A stretch of DNA of 64,000 nucleotides, taken from Candidatus Peregrinibacteria bacterium (lineage in GTDB: Bacteria; Patescibacteriota; Gracilibacteria; UBA1369; UBA12463). Shown here piece by piece: positions 17,853-26,484 of the stretch; the first letter of the stretch is position 1, and each line of letters begins with the position of its first letter. The notes under the pieces are model-generated. The model was not told where the DNA came from, did not search any database, and saw only the letters and a program-made list of their open reading frames with translations. The stretch lies in NCBI GenBank assembly GCA_026395555.1, contig JAPLYO010000012.1, positions 4,817 through 68,816 on the forward strand. Reading direction: 5' to 3'. The position numbers and the translations under genes were made by a program.

Positions 17853-18266
17853 CTATGTCTCTAGGTTGATGCTGTACACTTGGTCGTTTGTTTCGGAGAA
17901 GTTTTTGGGAATGTTCGGAATGCTATATGCGGGCGGAGGTGGCATCTGTCGTACTGGCTGACTCTCCATAACCTCCTCTCGCGCCTCCGATGCTGCGTAG
18001 CTCGGAAAGTGTGCCGGGATCGGTAGAGTGACCTGAGAGAGCGTCACGTTACCTGCCTGACCCGCCGACGAGGAACGAATTACGTCCATGGCGGAGTCGT
18101 GGGCCGTCTGTCCGAGGAAGGCGTTGATCTCACTCTCGGTTGTTCGGTAGACCCGTCCAAACTTGAGTGCTCGCAACTTCCCTTCCCTGATCCACTTCAA
18201 TACGGTGTATTGATGAACCTGGAGAATCTCAGCGACCTGCTTCGGGGTGTAGAATTTTTCATTCAT
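17853..18266 (-). CDS. Excisionase/MerR-superfamily helix-turn-helix DNA-binding protein with Pro-rich disordered tail
   Basis: The N-terminus FYTPKQVAEILQVHQYTVLKWIREGKLRALKFGRVYRTTESEINAFL matches the excisionase-family HTH pattern (t..eaA..Lgvs..tv..wi..G.l.a.k.G...ri....l..f). The C-terminal roughly 80 aa are low-complexity (..PPPPAYSIPNIP..). Confidence 0.75.
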   Translation of the reverse strand: MNEKFYTPKQVAEILQVHQYTVLKWIREGKLRALKFGRVYRTTESEINAFLGQTAHDSAMDVIRSSSAGQAGNVTLSQVTLPIPAHFPSYAASEAREEVMESQPVRQMPPPPAYSIPNIPKNFSETNDQVYSINLET

Positions 18267-18787
18267 GGATCCCTAGCATAGCATACGATATGTCAACTTC
18301 TCTATACTTTTTTACACTTTAGGCTGTTCTACTATACTTTTTTATATTCTTTTACACTTTATTAAAGTCTACGTTGTCCTACCTACCGACTCGGGAAACC
18401 TGAACTTTAACTAAACCCTATCAAACTTAATTTAATGTAACTTATTTAAACTCTTACTTTGTTGTGCCAACTTTAGCAAAGTTATTTATGGTTTACAATG
18501 TTTTTGTACACTTTTCTTAATTTGTTTAAATCTAATTATATTTATTATATTTCATGATTAAGCTTATTTGTTTACTGTTAAGCAAATCTAATACAATCAT
18601 ATGATATTTAATTACATCTAATGATACTTAATTTGTTCAACCATTGTGCAAAACTTTTTCATAACTTGTCACTCCAGCTATTGTGCGGTTTTTTGTATGT
18701 TTTTTAATGTTTATTGAAAAAATATCCCCGGTGTTCTCCATGACAAAATATCTCCGTAATAACGGATGAGTTTTTCTACTTTTTTCA
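18267..18787. other. Unusually long, very AT-rich non-coding spacer with short direct repeats
   Basis: No ORF of 60 aa or more lies wholly inside it; only the first 22 nt of the rejected + strand shadow ORF 18766-19020 reach into its right edge. Two 60-nt lines I counted are 20% and 25% G+C. CTATACTTTTTTA occurs at 18302-18314 and 18342-18354. TACACTTT occurs at 18313-18320, 18353-18360 and 18506-18513. The spacer lies upstream of the HTH gene (minus strand). Confidence 0.6.
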
Positions 18788-19396
18788 TTATGAAGCCCTA
18801 CGCATTAAAGCGTCGATACGTTCGCCAAAGAGTATCCGAAGTTGACGTGGCGATAGGTATCTTCCTTCTTCCATGTTCCTTTTATAAAACTCCTCAATCC
18901 GTGGCTTGCCCGTTTTCGATTGTTCGACTGCGGTTAGATACTTTGTCCTCCATCTCTCAAACTCACCCTTGTCACCTGCGGACATGCTATTGGGCGTACC
19001 ATCATTTTCTACATCGATGAGCTCTATTCTGCCAATATTCTCACGTGCGAGGCGCTCAAGCTCCATTATCATGGGATTGCGACTCCCTATTTTATCCGTA
19101 TATCTGAGTCGGGACCATTCCCATGATACTAAATCCTCTAATCTATATTCGAGTGGCGCTTCATCTTGAATATTACCAACATGGAGACGTCCCGATTGCG
19201 TATTTAACCCAATAGACCGCCCGAAATTAGCATATCCTCCAGTGAATGGCTCGGTCCCGTTGAATCCTATCCATTCAGCGCCCCGAACAATATTTTCTCC
19301 ATATTTAGCTTCATGCTTCCCGGGAATCCCCGCAAGTTCATCGGGATGGATTGTCTCATCGGTTAACTCGGTCTGAAGAATGGCCATTCGAGCCAT
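18788..19396 (-). CDS. Hypothetical protein (202 aa, soluble, charged)
   Basis: Clean ATG-started ORF (MARMAILQTELTDE...). I recognise no family motif. Confidence 0.55.
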   Translation of the reverse strand: MARMAILQTELTDETIHPDELAGIPGKHEAKYGENIVRGAEWIGFNGTEPFTGGYANFGRSIGLNTQSGRLHVGNIQDEAPLEYRLEDLVSWEWSRLRYTDKIGSRNPMIMELERLARENIGRIELIDVENDGTPNSMSAGDKGEFERWRTKYLTAVEQSKTGKPRIEEFYKRNMEEGRYLSPRQLRILFGERIDALMRRAS

Positions 19397-19455
19397 AAAG
19401 GAGAAATTACAAATAAGAGCCTATTTTAGGCATTTAATGCAAAGATGTCAACTCT

Positions 19456-22377
19456 CTACATAATCTTCTTCAGCCACTTTCCGGTGAGGGAGAGCTTGGA
19501 TTTGATGACGTCTTCGGGGGTGCCGAATGCTACGAGTTCGCCGCCGCCGTCGCCGCCTTCTGGGCCCATGTCGAGGAGGTGATCACAGCATTTGATGACG
19601 TCGAGGTTGTGCTCGATGATGAGAACGGTGTTGCCCTTCTCTACGAGACGCTGAAGAACCTCGAGGAGACGTCGGACGTCGTCGAAGTGGAGACCGGTGG
19701 TAGGTTCATCGAGGACGTAGAGGGTACGGCCGGTCGAGCGGCGAGAGAGTTCTGTTGCGAGCTTGATACGCTGGGCTTCGCCGCCGGAGAGCGTGGTTGC
19801 TGATTGACCGAGATGGAGGTAGTTGAGACCGACATCTACAAGAGTCTGCATCTTTGTTTTGATAGATGGTACCGCCTGGAAGAACTCGAGTGCCTCCTCT
19901 GTAGTCATATCGAGAACGTCGGCAATGTTTTTTCCACGGTAACGGATTTCAAGGGCTTCATTGTTATATCGTCGACCCTTACACTCTTCACAAGGTACGT
20001 ACACGTCTGGAAGGAAGTGCATCTCGATTTTCTTGATACCATCACCCGCACATGCTTCGCAGCGACCTCCTTTCACGTTGAACGAGAAGCGACCACTCTT
20101 ATAGCCACGCATGCGTGAGTCAGAGGTTTGAGCGAAGATTTCACGAATGTCGGTAAATACTCCGGTATAGGTGGCTGGATTTGAACGTGGTGTACGGCCA
20201 ATCGGAGATTGATCGATATTAATAATCTTATCAATATGCTCAATACCTTCGATGCGCTCATGACGACCCGGCTGCTCGTGGCTTCCATAGAGCTCCTGCG
20301 AGATCTTCTTTACGAGAATATCATTGATAAGTGTGGACTTACCGCTCCCTGAGACACCCGTAACACCGATAAGAGTACCAAGTGGAAACTTCGCTGTTAC
20401 CTTCTTGAGATTGTGCTCAAATGCACCAACAATTACCAACTGCTTACCATTTCCCTTTCTTCGAACTTTTGGAATTTTAATACTCTCTTTGCCGGAAAGA
20501 TATCTACCCGTCAACGAATTTGGATCATCCATGACCTCCTGTGGCGTGCCCTGTGAAACGACTCGTCCGCCATGTTTTCCCGCACCCGGTCCGATATCGA
20601 GCAAGTAATCCGCCTGGAGCATCATGTCGTTATCATGTTCAACGACGATGACCGTGTTGCCAAGCTCCTTGAGATGAACAAGTGTCTTAATTAATTTTTC
20701 ATTATCATTTTGGTGAAGTCCGATAGATGGCTCATCTAAGACATAAACTACGCCTGATAAACGTGAGCCGATCTGTGTAGCGAGACGAATACGCTGTGCC
20801 TCTCCACCGGAGAGCGTGTTCGCCGCACGATTAAGTGTGAGGTATGAAAGACCGACGTCCGTCAAAAATTGTAATCGCGAGTTCACTTCTTGGAAGATTA
20901 ATTTTCCAATATGCTTTTCGCTTTCCGTGAGCTCCAGTCCGTTGAAAAATGCCTTTGCCTTTGCGACAGAAAATTCCGTAACGTCAATAATAGACATATC
21001 GCCGACCTTCACCGCGAGAACCTCGGGGCGAAGACGCTTGCCATGACACATCGGACAGTCGAGAATGCGCATAAAGGTCTCGATCTTCTTTCTCACATAG
21101 TCTGAATCTGTCTCCAGATAGCGACGCTCAAGGTTTGGAATAACACCTTCAAATGTTGTTGTATATTCTCCACGGAAACCGGGAGAGAGTGCTGGCGTTT
21201 CGTCATCGTCACCTTCCGTAGGCTTACTCGCGCCAATGTTAATCGTATATTTCTTATCTCCTGTTCCGTAAAACACCAAGTCCATCGCCTCTTTCGAGAG
21301 ATTTTTTACCGAAGTGTTCATGGAAAATTTATAGGTTTTCGCTACCGCTTCGAGAATACGGTTATACCAGGTAAGGTGCGATGTTGTAGCGGACCACGGC
21401 ATAATAGCCCCCTCGGCGAGCGTTAAATCTTTGTTTGGAAGAACTAATGTCGGATCAATCTCCAACTTCGTGCCAAGGCCGTGACAGGTAGGACAGGCTC
21501 CATGCGGAGAGTTGAAAGAGAAAAATCGTGGAGAGATTTCCGGAATAGAAATATTACACTCCGGACAGGCAAATCGCTCGGAAAATATTTCTTCCTTTTT
21601 CGTGTCATTATCCTGAATAATCATAATTCCCTCTCCGTGTTTGAGTGCGATTTCTACGGAGTCGGCGAGACGGGATCGATCTGAGTTTGGAACCTCAATC
21701 TCCTCTCCTGTTGAGAGTTTTTCTACCGTTCTGCCGAAGTTTTTAATCACGAGACGGTCAACCACCACATCGATTGAGTGTTTTTTTGTCTCATCAAGTT
21801 CAGGAATCTCGAGGACGTTTACTACTTCTCCATCCACGCGAACACGGACGAAGCCGTCTTTCTTAATCTTTTCGATGGCTTTTTCGTGGCGACCTTTTCG
21901 ATCGCGAACAGCCGGGGAAAGAATTAAAATTTTCTTACCTTCTGGCATCGCAGCAACCGTTTCTACGATTTGGGAAGTAGACTGTCTGGATATCGCTTTT
22001 CCACACTCTGGGCAGTGAGGATGACCAATTTTCGCAAAAAGAAGTCTCAAATAGTCATAAATTTCCGTCACCGTTCCGACTGTGGAGCGCGGATTACGCG
22101 GTGCGGTCTTCTGGTCGATAGAAATAGCCGGGCTTAAACCCTCAATCGAGTCAACATCCGGCTTCTCCATAAGCTGAAGAAACTGACGTGCATAGGTCGA
22201 AAGTGACTCTACGTATCGTCTTTGGCCTTCCGCATAGATCGTATCGAAAGCTAAAGAACTCTTTCCGCTACCGGAAAGACCCGTCATTACCGTTAACTTA
22301 TTTCTCGGAATCTCTACGCTCACATTCTTTAAATTGTGAATTCGAGCGCCCTTTACAATAATTTTGTCATTTGTCAT
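19456..22377 (-). CDS. uvrA: Excinuclease ABC subunit A
   Basis: [67 protein letters not shown]; a second Walker [11 protein letters not shown]; zinc-finger Cys pairs (CPECG, CPxC, CEAC..CEEC); two LSGGEAQRI signature motifs. The track ORF extends to 22416, but the ATG at 22377 matches the canonical UvrA N-terminus. Confidence 0.95.
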   Translation of the reverse strand: MTNDKIIVKGARIHNLKNVSVEIPRNKLTVMTGLSGSGKSSLAFDTIYAEGQRRYVESLSTYARQFLQLMEKPDVDSIEGLSPAISIDQKTAPRNPRSTVGTVTEIYDYLRLLFAKIGHPHCPECGKAISRQSTSQIVETVAAMPEGKKILILSPAVRDRKGRHEKAIEKIKKDGFVRVRVDGEVVNVLEIPELDETKKHSIDVVVDRLVIKNFGRTVEKLSTGEEIEVPNSDRSRLADSVEIALKHGEGIMIIQDNDTKKEEIFSERFACPECNISIPEISPRFFSFNSPHGACPTCHGLGTKLEIDPTLVLPNKDLTLAEGAIMPWSATTSHLTWYNRILEAVAKTYKFSMNTSVKNLSKEAMDLVFYGTGDKKYTINIGASKPTEGDDDETPALSPGFRGEYTTTFEGVIPNLERRYLETDSDYVRKKIETFMRILDCPMCHGKRLRPEVLAVKVGDMSIIDVTEFSVAKAKAFFNGLELTESEKHIGKLIFQEVNSRLQFLTDVGLSYLTLNRAANTLSGGEAQRIRLATQIGSRLSGVVYVLDEPSIGLHQNDNEKLIKTLVHLKELGNTVIVVEHDNDMMLQADYLLDIGPGAGKHGGRVVSQGTPQEVMDDPNSLTGRYLSGKESIKIPKVRRKGNGKQLVIVGAFEHNLKKVTAKFPLGTLIGVTGVSGSGKSTLINDILVKKISQELYGSHEQPGRHERIEGIEHIDKIINIDQSPIGRTPRSNPATYTGVFTDIREIFAQTSDSRMRGYKSGRFSFNVKGGRCEACAGDGIKKIEMHFLPDVYVPCEECKGRRYNNEALEIRYRGKNIADVLDMTTEEALEFFQAVPSIKTKMQTLVDVGLNYLHLGQSATTLSGGEAQRIKLATELSRRSTGRTLYVLDEPTTGLHFDDVRRLLEVLQRLVEKGNTVLIIEHNLDVIKCCDHLLDMGPEGGDGGGELVAFGTPEDVIKSKLSLTGKWLKKIM

Positions 22378-22431
22378 GGTACCGAGCAGCGTAGCACGGT
22401 TTTGCGGAAGATTCAAGTCTATAGAGGCACT

Positions 22432-23316
22432 CTATCCTATAATCGCATCAACCGTGTCGGCGATGAGGTGGGACTCCTCACTTCTATCGCGAGTAGTAAG
22501 GTAACCAAACTTCTTATTATTCTCCTTCTTTTCGAAGAGATATGTCAGATAAATATACCCAACAATGAGGAATGGTACGAGAAGGAAGGTCCACTCCATT
22601 TCGAGGAAAACGTTGAAAATAGCGTGGAGGGTTGCGGCGATCAGGAAGCCCTGGATGAGGTTCTGTACGGCAAAAATCTTCTCGTCATCGATTCCGAAAA
22701 TCTTCTCCATCATTTTTGGCCAGATGATCTTTTTCTGTTGACGCAAGATTGGTGTTGAAAAGTAAGAAATACCATAATAGTATCCCATCATTCCCGAGAA
22801 AAGTACGTGAACGAAGGTAGAAAAAATCGAACGGAACACAAACGGCAACATGAGGTTTTGCGGCCCCTGATGCACCCAAATGTTATGGAAGTACATGATA
22901 TTTTCCGTGAAAGAAAATCCGAGCGCGCAAAGAATAGAAAGCTCGATAACATCATCAATATCATGAAACTCACTCTGACCCATCGCACGAACGGCAATAT
23001 GCTTCATAAGCTCCTCGATAACGCCGACAATGCTAAAGGTGAGTATAATACTTAGCGGAATACTCACGAAGCCTGTAGGACCGATCATGTTTGCCGTAAA
23101 TGGCTGCGTATAGCGAAAAGCATTGATCCATGGGAAAAACTGCCAGAGATATTTATAAAAAAGAATCGGAAAAACTGCCGTCGCGCCGAGGAAAAATGCG
23201 TAGAAAATTACACTTCTTCTATATGGGTTTTTCACATAAAAAATATATCCCCATACCGCCGCCGGCACACCTGCAAGGAGAATTGACCCGATTATTTGTA
23301 CGATTTGGGAGTTCAT
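22432..23316 (-). CDS. PrsW-family intramembrane protease-like protein
   Basis: Polytopic, with 7 or more hydrophobic segments. Motifs in PrsW order: VGVIEELMKH (EExxK), GFSFTENIMY, HVLFSG, ATLHAIFNVF. Confidence 0.6.
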   Translation of the reverse strand: MNSQIVQIIGSILLAGVPAAVWGYIFYVKNPYRRSVIFYAFFLGATAVFPILFYKYLWQFFPWINAFRYTQPFTANMIGPTGFVSIPLSIILTFSIVGVIEELMKHIAVRAMGQSEFHDIDDVIELSILCALGFSFTENIMYFHNIWVHQGPQNLMLPFVFRSIFSTFVHVLFSGMMGYYYGISYFSTPILRQQKKIIWPKMMEKIFGIDDEKIFAVQNLIQGFLIAATLHAIFNVFLEMEWTFLLVPFLIVGYIYLTYLFEKKENNKKFGYLTTRDRSEESHLIADTVDAIIG

Positions 23317-23406
23317 GTTTGTTTTATTTTTGATTCAGTTTGTTTTGTCATTATATCACAAAAAGCCCCTTAAAGCCAAGGCAAAGCTGATACGGCAAAG
23401 AGAGCT

Positions 23407-24582
23407 CTATTGATCGATTATCTGCCCTCCATGAACTTTCCTCACCGTTGAAGCTGATCGTAGCTTTGGAGAGGTAGGAAGAGGGTTGCCATCAGCAACG
23501 GTCATAATAATCTGCGTCGTCGAGGGAAGATTCGTCAGAAGTGGGGCGAGAACGCCATTGAAAATGGGTTCAAAAATATCGTTTTTACGATTTGAGTCGA
23601 GTTCGGAAAAAATATCATCGAGAAGAATTATAGGAGTTTCACCTGTTTTAAAGCTAAACCAGGCAATCTCAGCCTGCTTGAGCCCCATGAGTGCCGATCT
23701 GAGTTCTCCGCGAGAAGCGGTCAGTTCGAGTGGATATCCGCGTATTTTTAAGCGTAGATCGTCCCTATGTGGGCCGACGGAGGTGTGAGTTGAACGCGTG
23801 TCGCGTGAACGAGCCTGTACAAGAGTCTGAAGGAGAAGAGATTGTAGCTCATTTTGAAGCTGCGGCAAAGCTGAATTATGGAGGAAGCATGCGTACTCTA
23901 TCTCGTACAGTGCCGCTCCTACCTGTTCATAAAGCTGTTTTCGAAGAAAATCAACCAACTCAATTCGACTAGTCAGTAAAGCTGCTCCAGCTTCAGCAAG
24001 CGGTGGGTCCCATATATCGAGGTCGGCCATTGAGGCAGATCCTAGCTTTATCTGAAGCAGAAGAGCATTGCGTTGAGATAGAAGCTTCTGATATGTCTGA
24101 AGCTGCCTCATGTAACCGGGAATGGTCTGTATAAGGATCGTATTCAGATACTTACGGCGAAGAGCGGGCTCACCGGTGAGAATATGAAGGTCCTCTGGGC
24201 GAAAGAGAACAGCTTTGATGTGTCCTAAAAATTTAGGAGCTGAGATTTTGGTGCCATTTTTTTTCAGTACGCGCTGGTGCTGCGGTGCGTGAATCTCGCA
24301 CATCTCCAAATGTATAGCCTCGCTCGTTTTATTCGCTTGGTACTGCCCTCCCGAGACACCTCTTGCTTCGATTCGAAAATAGTCTTTATCAAACTGTTTC
24401 AAAAATTCACGATCACCGATACGAAATGATTTCGTAATTGCCATCAGATACATCGCTTCCAGAAAATTCGTTTTTCCCTGCGCATTTTCTCCGCTCAATA
24501 TGACGATTGGCTCATCAGGAAAAGCAAAATCGAGTCTCGCATAGTTGCGGAAATTTTCGAGATGGAGGGAGCTAAGTTTCAT
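23407..24582 (-). CDS. recF: DNA replication and repair protein RecF
   Basis: MKLSSLHLENFRNYARLDFAF...LSGENAQGKTNFLEAMY (Walker A); the SMC-like signature region; ILLDDIFSELD (Walker B). Confidence 0.9.
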   Translation of the reverse strand: MKLSSLHLENFRNYARLDFAFPDEPIVILSGENAQGKTNFLEAMYLMAITKSFRIGDREFLKQFDKDYFRIEARGVSGGQYQANKTSEAIHLEMCEIHAPQHQRVLKKNGTKISAPKFLGHIKAVLFRPEDLHILTGEPALRRKYLNTILIQTIPGYMRQLQTYQKLLSQRNALLLQIKLGSASMADLDIWDPPLAEAGAALLTSRIELVDFLRKQLYEQVGAALYEIEYACFLHNSALPQLQNELQSLLLQTLVQARSRDTRSTHTSVGPHRDDLRLKIRGYPLELTASRGELRSALMGLKQAEIAWFSFKTGETPIILLDDIFSELDSNRKNDIFEPIFNGVLAPLLTNLPSTTQIIMTVADGNPLPTSPKLRSASTVRKVHGGQIIDQ

Positions 24583-24672
24583 TGTCGCGAGTGTAGCATA
24601 TTTTGATCAGAGTTTGCATTGTGAGGGAAAGAAGCTAGAATGTGTGGGCTCCTATGTTTTAATATAATTTTC

Positions 24673-26454
24673 ATGCCCCCACGATCATCAAAACCAGCAG
24701 AAACAGATCCAATTTATGGCATGAGACACTCATGCGCGCATATGTTAGCTCAGGCGGTATTACAAATTTTTCCTGATGCGAAGTTGGGCGTAGGACCGGT
24801 TATTGAAAATGGCTTTTATTATGATTTTCAGCTTCCAAGGACGTTGACCCCGGAAGACATGAAGGACCTCCAGAAGAAGATGGAACATATCGGAAAACAG
24901 GGACAGACGTTCGTACGACAAGAGAAAACAATCGCCGAGGCAAAGGACTTTTTGAAAAGCATGAAAGGTGGCGAGCAGCCATTCAAGATTGAGCTTGTAG
25001 AGGATCTGGCGGCGAAGGGTGAGACTGGCGTAAGCTTCTATGAAAATGTGGATCAAAAAGGTGAGGTAAAGTTTGTCGACCTCTGCCGCGGAAATCACAC
25101 GGAAACGACTGGAAAAGTTGGTGCATTTCAGCTCACGAGCATCGCTAGTGCATATTGGAAGGGCGACAGCGAAAATCCATCAATGCAGCGAATCTATGGT
25201 GTTTGTTTTGAGACGGAGGCGGAATTAAAAGAATACCTCGCACGAATTGAAGAGGCAAAAAAACGTGATCACAAAGTCCTCGGAAAGCAGCTAGGATTAT
25301 TTGCGTTTAGTCCGCTTGTTGGTGCGGGTTTACCGTTATTCCTTCCAAAGGGCGCACGCTTGAAAAAAATACTTGAAGACTTCATTACGAATGAAAAAGA
25401 AAAACGTGGATATTCCTACGTCTGCATTCCGCACATTGCGAAAGACGCGCTGTATGTAACGAGCGGACATTTGGGAAAGTACGATGCCATGATGCCCGTC
25501 ATGGAAACTGAAGAGGGCGGAGATGCTCTCGTCATGAAGGCAATGAACTGTCCGCATCATTTTGAATTATACAAAGCAGAGGCACACTCATACCGTGAAT
25601 TACCGCTTCGTTATGCTGAAAATACGACCGTGTATCGCAATGAAAAAAGCGGTGAAGTGAACGGATTATTCCGAGTGCGTGCCGTAACGCAGGACGATAC
25701 GCACCACTTCGTACGACATGATCAGATTGGTTCTGAAATTGATATGATCTTGGGTTTGACACGTGTAGTCTACGAAAAGTTTGATTTCAAAAACTTCCGT
25801 GCTCGCGTGAGCATACGAGATCCGAAAAAGCCGGAAAAATATTTTGGTGATGATGCATTATGGAAACTTGCTGAAAAAAATCTTGTTGAGGGTGTACAGC
25901 GATGGGGCGCGGAGTATTTCATTGGTGAGGGTGAGGCCGCTTTTTATGGACCAAAAATCGATATCATGGTCGAGGATGCGTTGGGACGCGAGTGGCAACT
26001 TACAACCGTTCAACTCGACTTCACGCAGCCTGAAAATTTTGATTTAAGCTACACAGGAGAAGATGGTAAATCTCATCGACCTGCCGTATTGCATGTGGCT
26101 ATTTTTGGCTCACTTGAGCGATTTATGGGAATTATTATTGAGCATTATGCCGGAGCATTCCCTTCATGGCTCGCACCAGTACAGGTTCGAATCTTGCCGG
26201 TGAGCGATCAGTTTTTACCTTATGCGACTGAGGTTTTCGATGCTTTGAAGGCGCAGGGTATGCGTGTCGAGATCGACAGCGCTTCCGAAACGCTTGGAAA
26301 GAAAATACGAAATGCTGAGCATACTCGTGTGCCCTATATGGTCGTTATCGGCGAAAAAGAAACGCAAGATAAGACCGTCGCGGTACGTGATTATGCTACG
26401 AAAAAACAGGAGACGATGCAGTTTGCCGATTTCGTTACATTGCTTCGGGCTTAG
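24673..26454 (+). CDS. thrS: Threonine--tRNA ligase (N-terminal TGS domain absent)
   Basis: The editing-domain HxxxH motif (MRHSCAHMLAQA) sits about 17 residues from ATG 24673. Class II motifs are present (..YRNEKSGEVNGLFRVRAVTQDD.H.F; ..GEAAFYGPKID), followed by an anticodon-binding domain. The track ORF begins at 24640 with a non-ATG start. Confidence 0.92.
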   Translation: MPPRSSKPAETDPIYGMRHSCAHMLAQAVLQIFPDAKLGVGPVIENGFYYDFQLPRTLTPEDMKDLQKKMEHIGKQGQTFVRQEKTIAEAKDFLKSMKGGEQPFKIELVEDLAAKGETGVSFYENVDQKGEVKFVDLCRGNHTETTGKVGAFQLTSIASAYWKGDSENPSMQRIYGVCFETEAELKEYLARIEEAKKRDHKVLGKQLGLFAFSPLVGAGLPLFLPKGARLKKILEDFITNEKEKRGYSYVCIPHIAKDALYVTSGHLGKYDAMMPVMETEEGGDALVMKAMNCPHHFELYKAEAHSYRELPLRYAENTTVYRNEKSGEVNGLFRVRAVTQDDTHHFVRHDQIGSEIDMILGLTRVVYEKFDFKNFRARVSIRDPKKPEKYFGDDALWKLAEKNLVEGVQRWGAEYFIGEGEAAFYGPKIDIMVEDALGREWQLTTVQLDFTQPENFDLSYTGEDGKSHRPAVLHVAIFGSLERFMGIIIEHYAGAFPSWLAPVQVRILPVSDQFLPYATEVFDALKAQGMRVEIDSASETLGKKIRNAEHTRVPYMVVIGEKETQDKTVAVRDYATKKQETMQFADFVTLLRA

Positions 26455-26484
26455 TTTTTCCCGCTCTCGTATTGCCCTGAACTG

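Noticed and set aside
18302-18360. Direct repeats as a possible CRISPR array
   Set aside because: There are only two copies of a 13-nt repeat about 40 nt apart in AT-rich DNA. There is no regular repeat-spacer series and there are no cas genes in the window.
18267-18787. Possible chromosomal replication origin (an AT-rich spacer a few kb from recF)
   Set aside because: I could not find DnaA-box 9-mers (TTATCCACA/TGTGGATAA or close variants) in the spacer. No dnaA or dnaN is adjacent, and recF here is flanked by prsW-like and thrS genes.
17607-19396. Calling the HTH/zinc-ribbon/orphan region a prophage or integrative element
   Set aside because: No integrase, recombinase, transposase, phage structural gene or flanking repeat is visible in the window. 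I kept it as a finding rather than a mobile_element feature.
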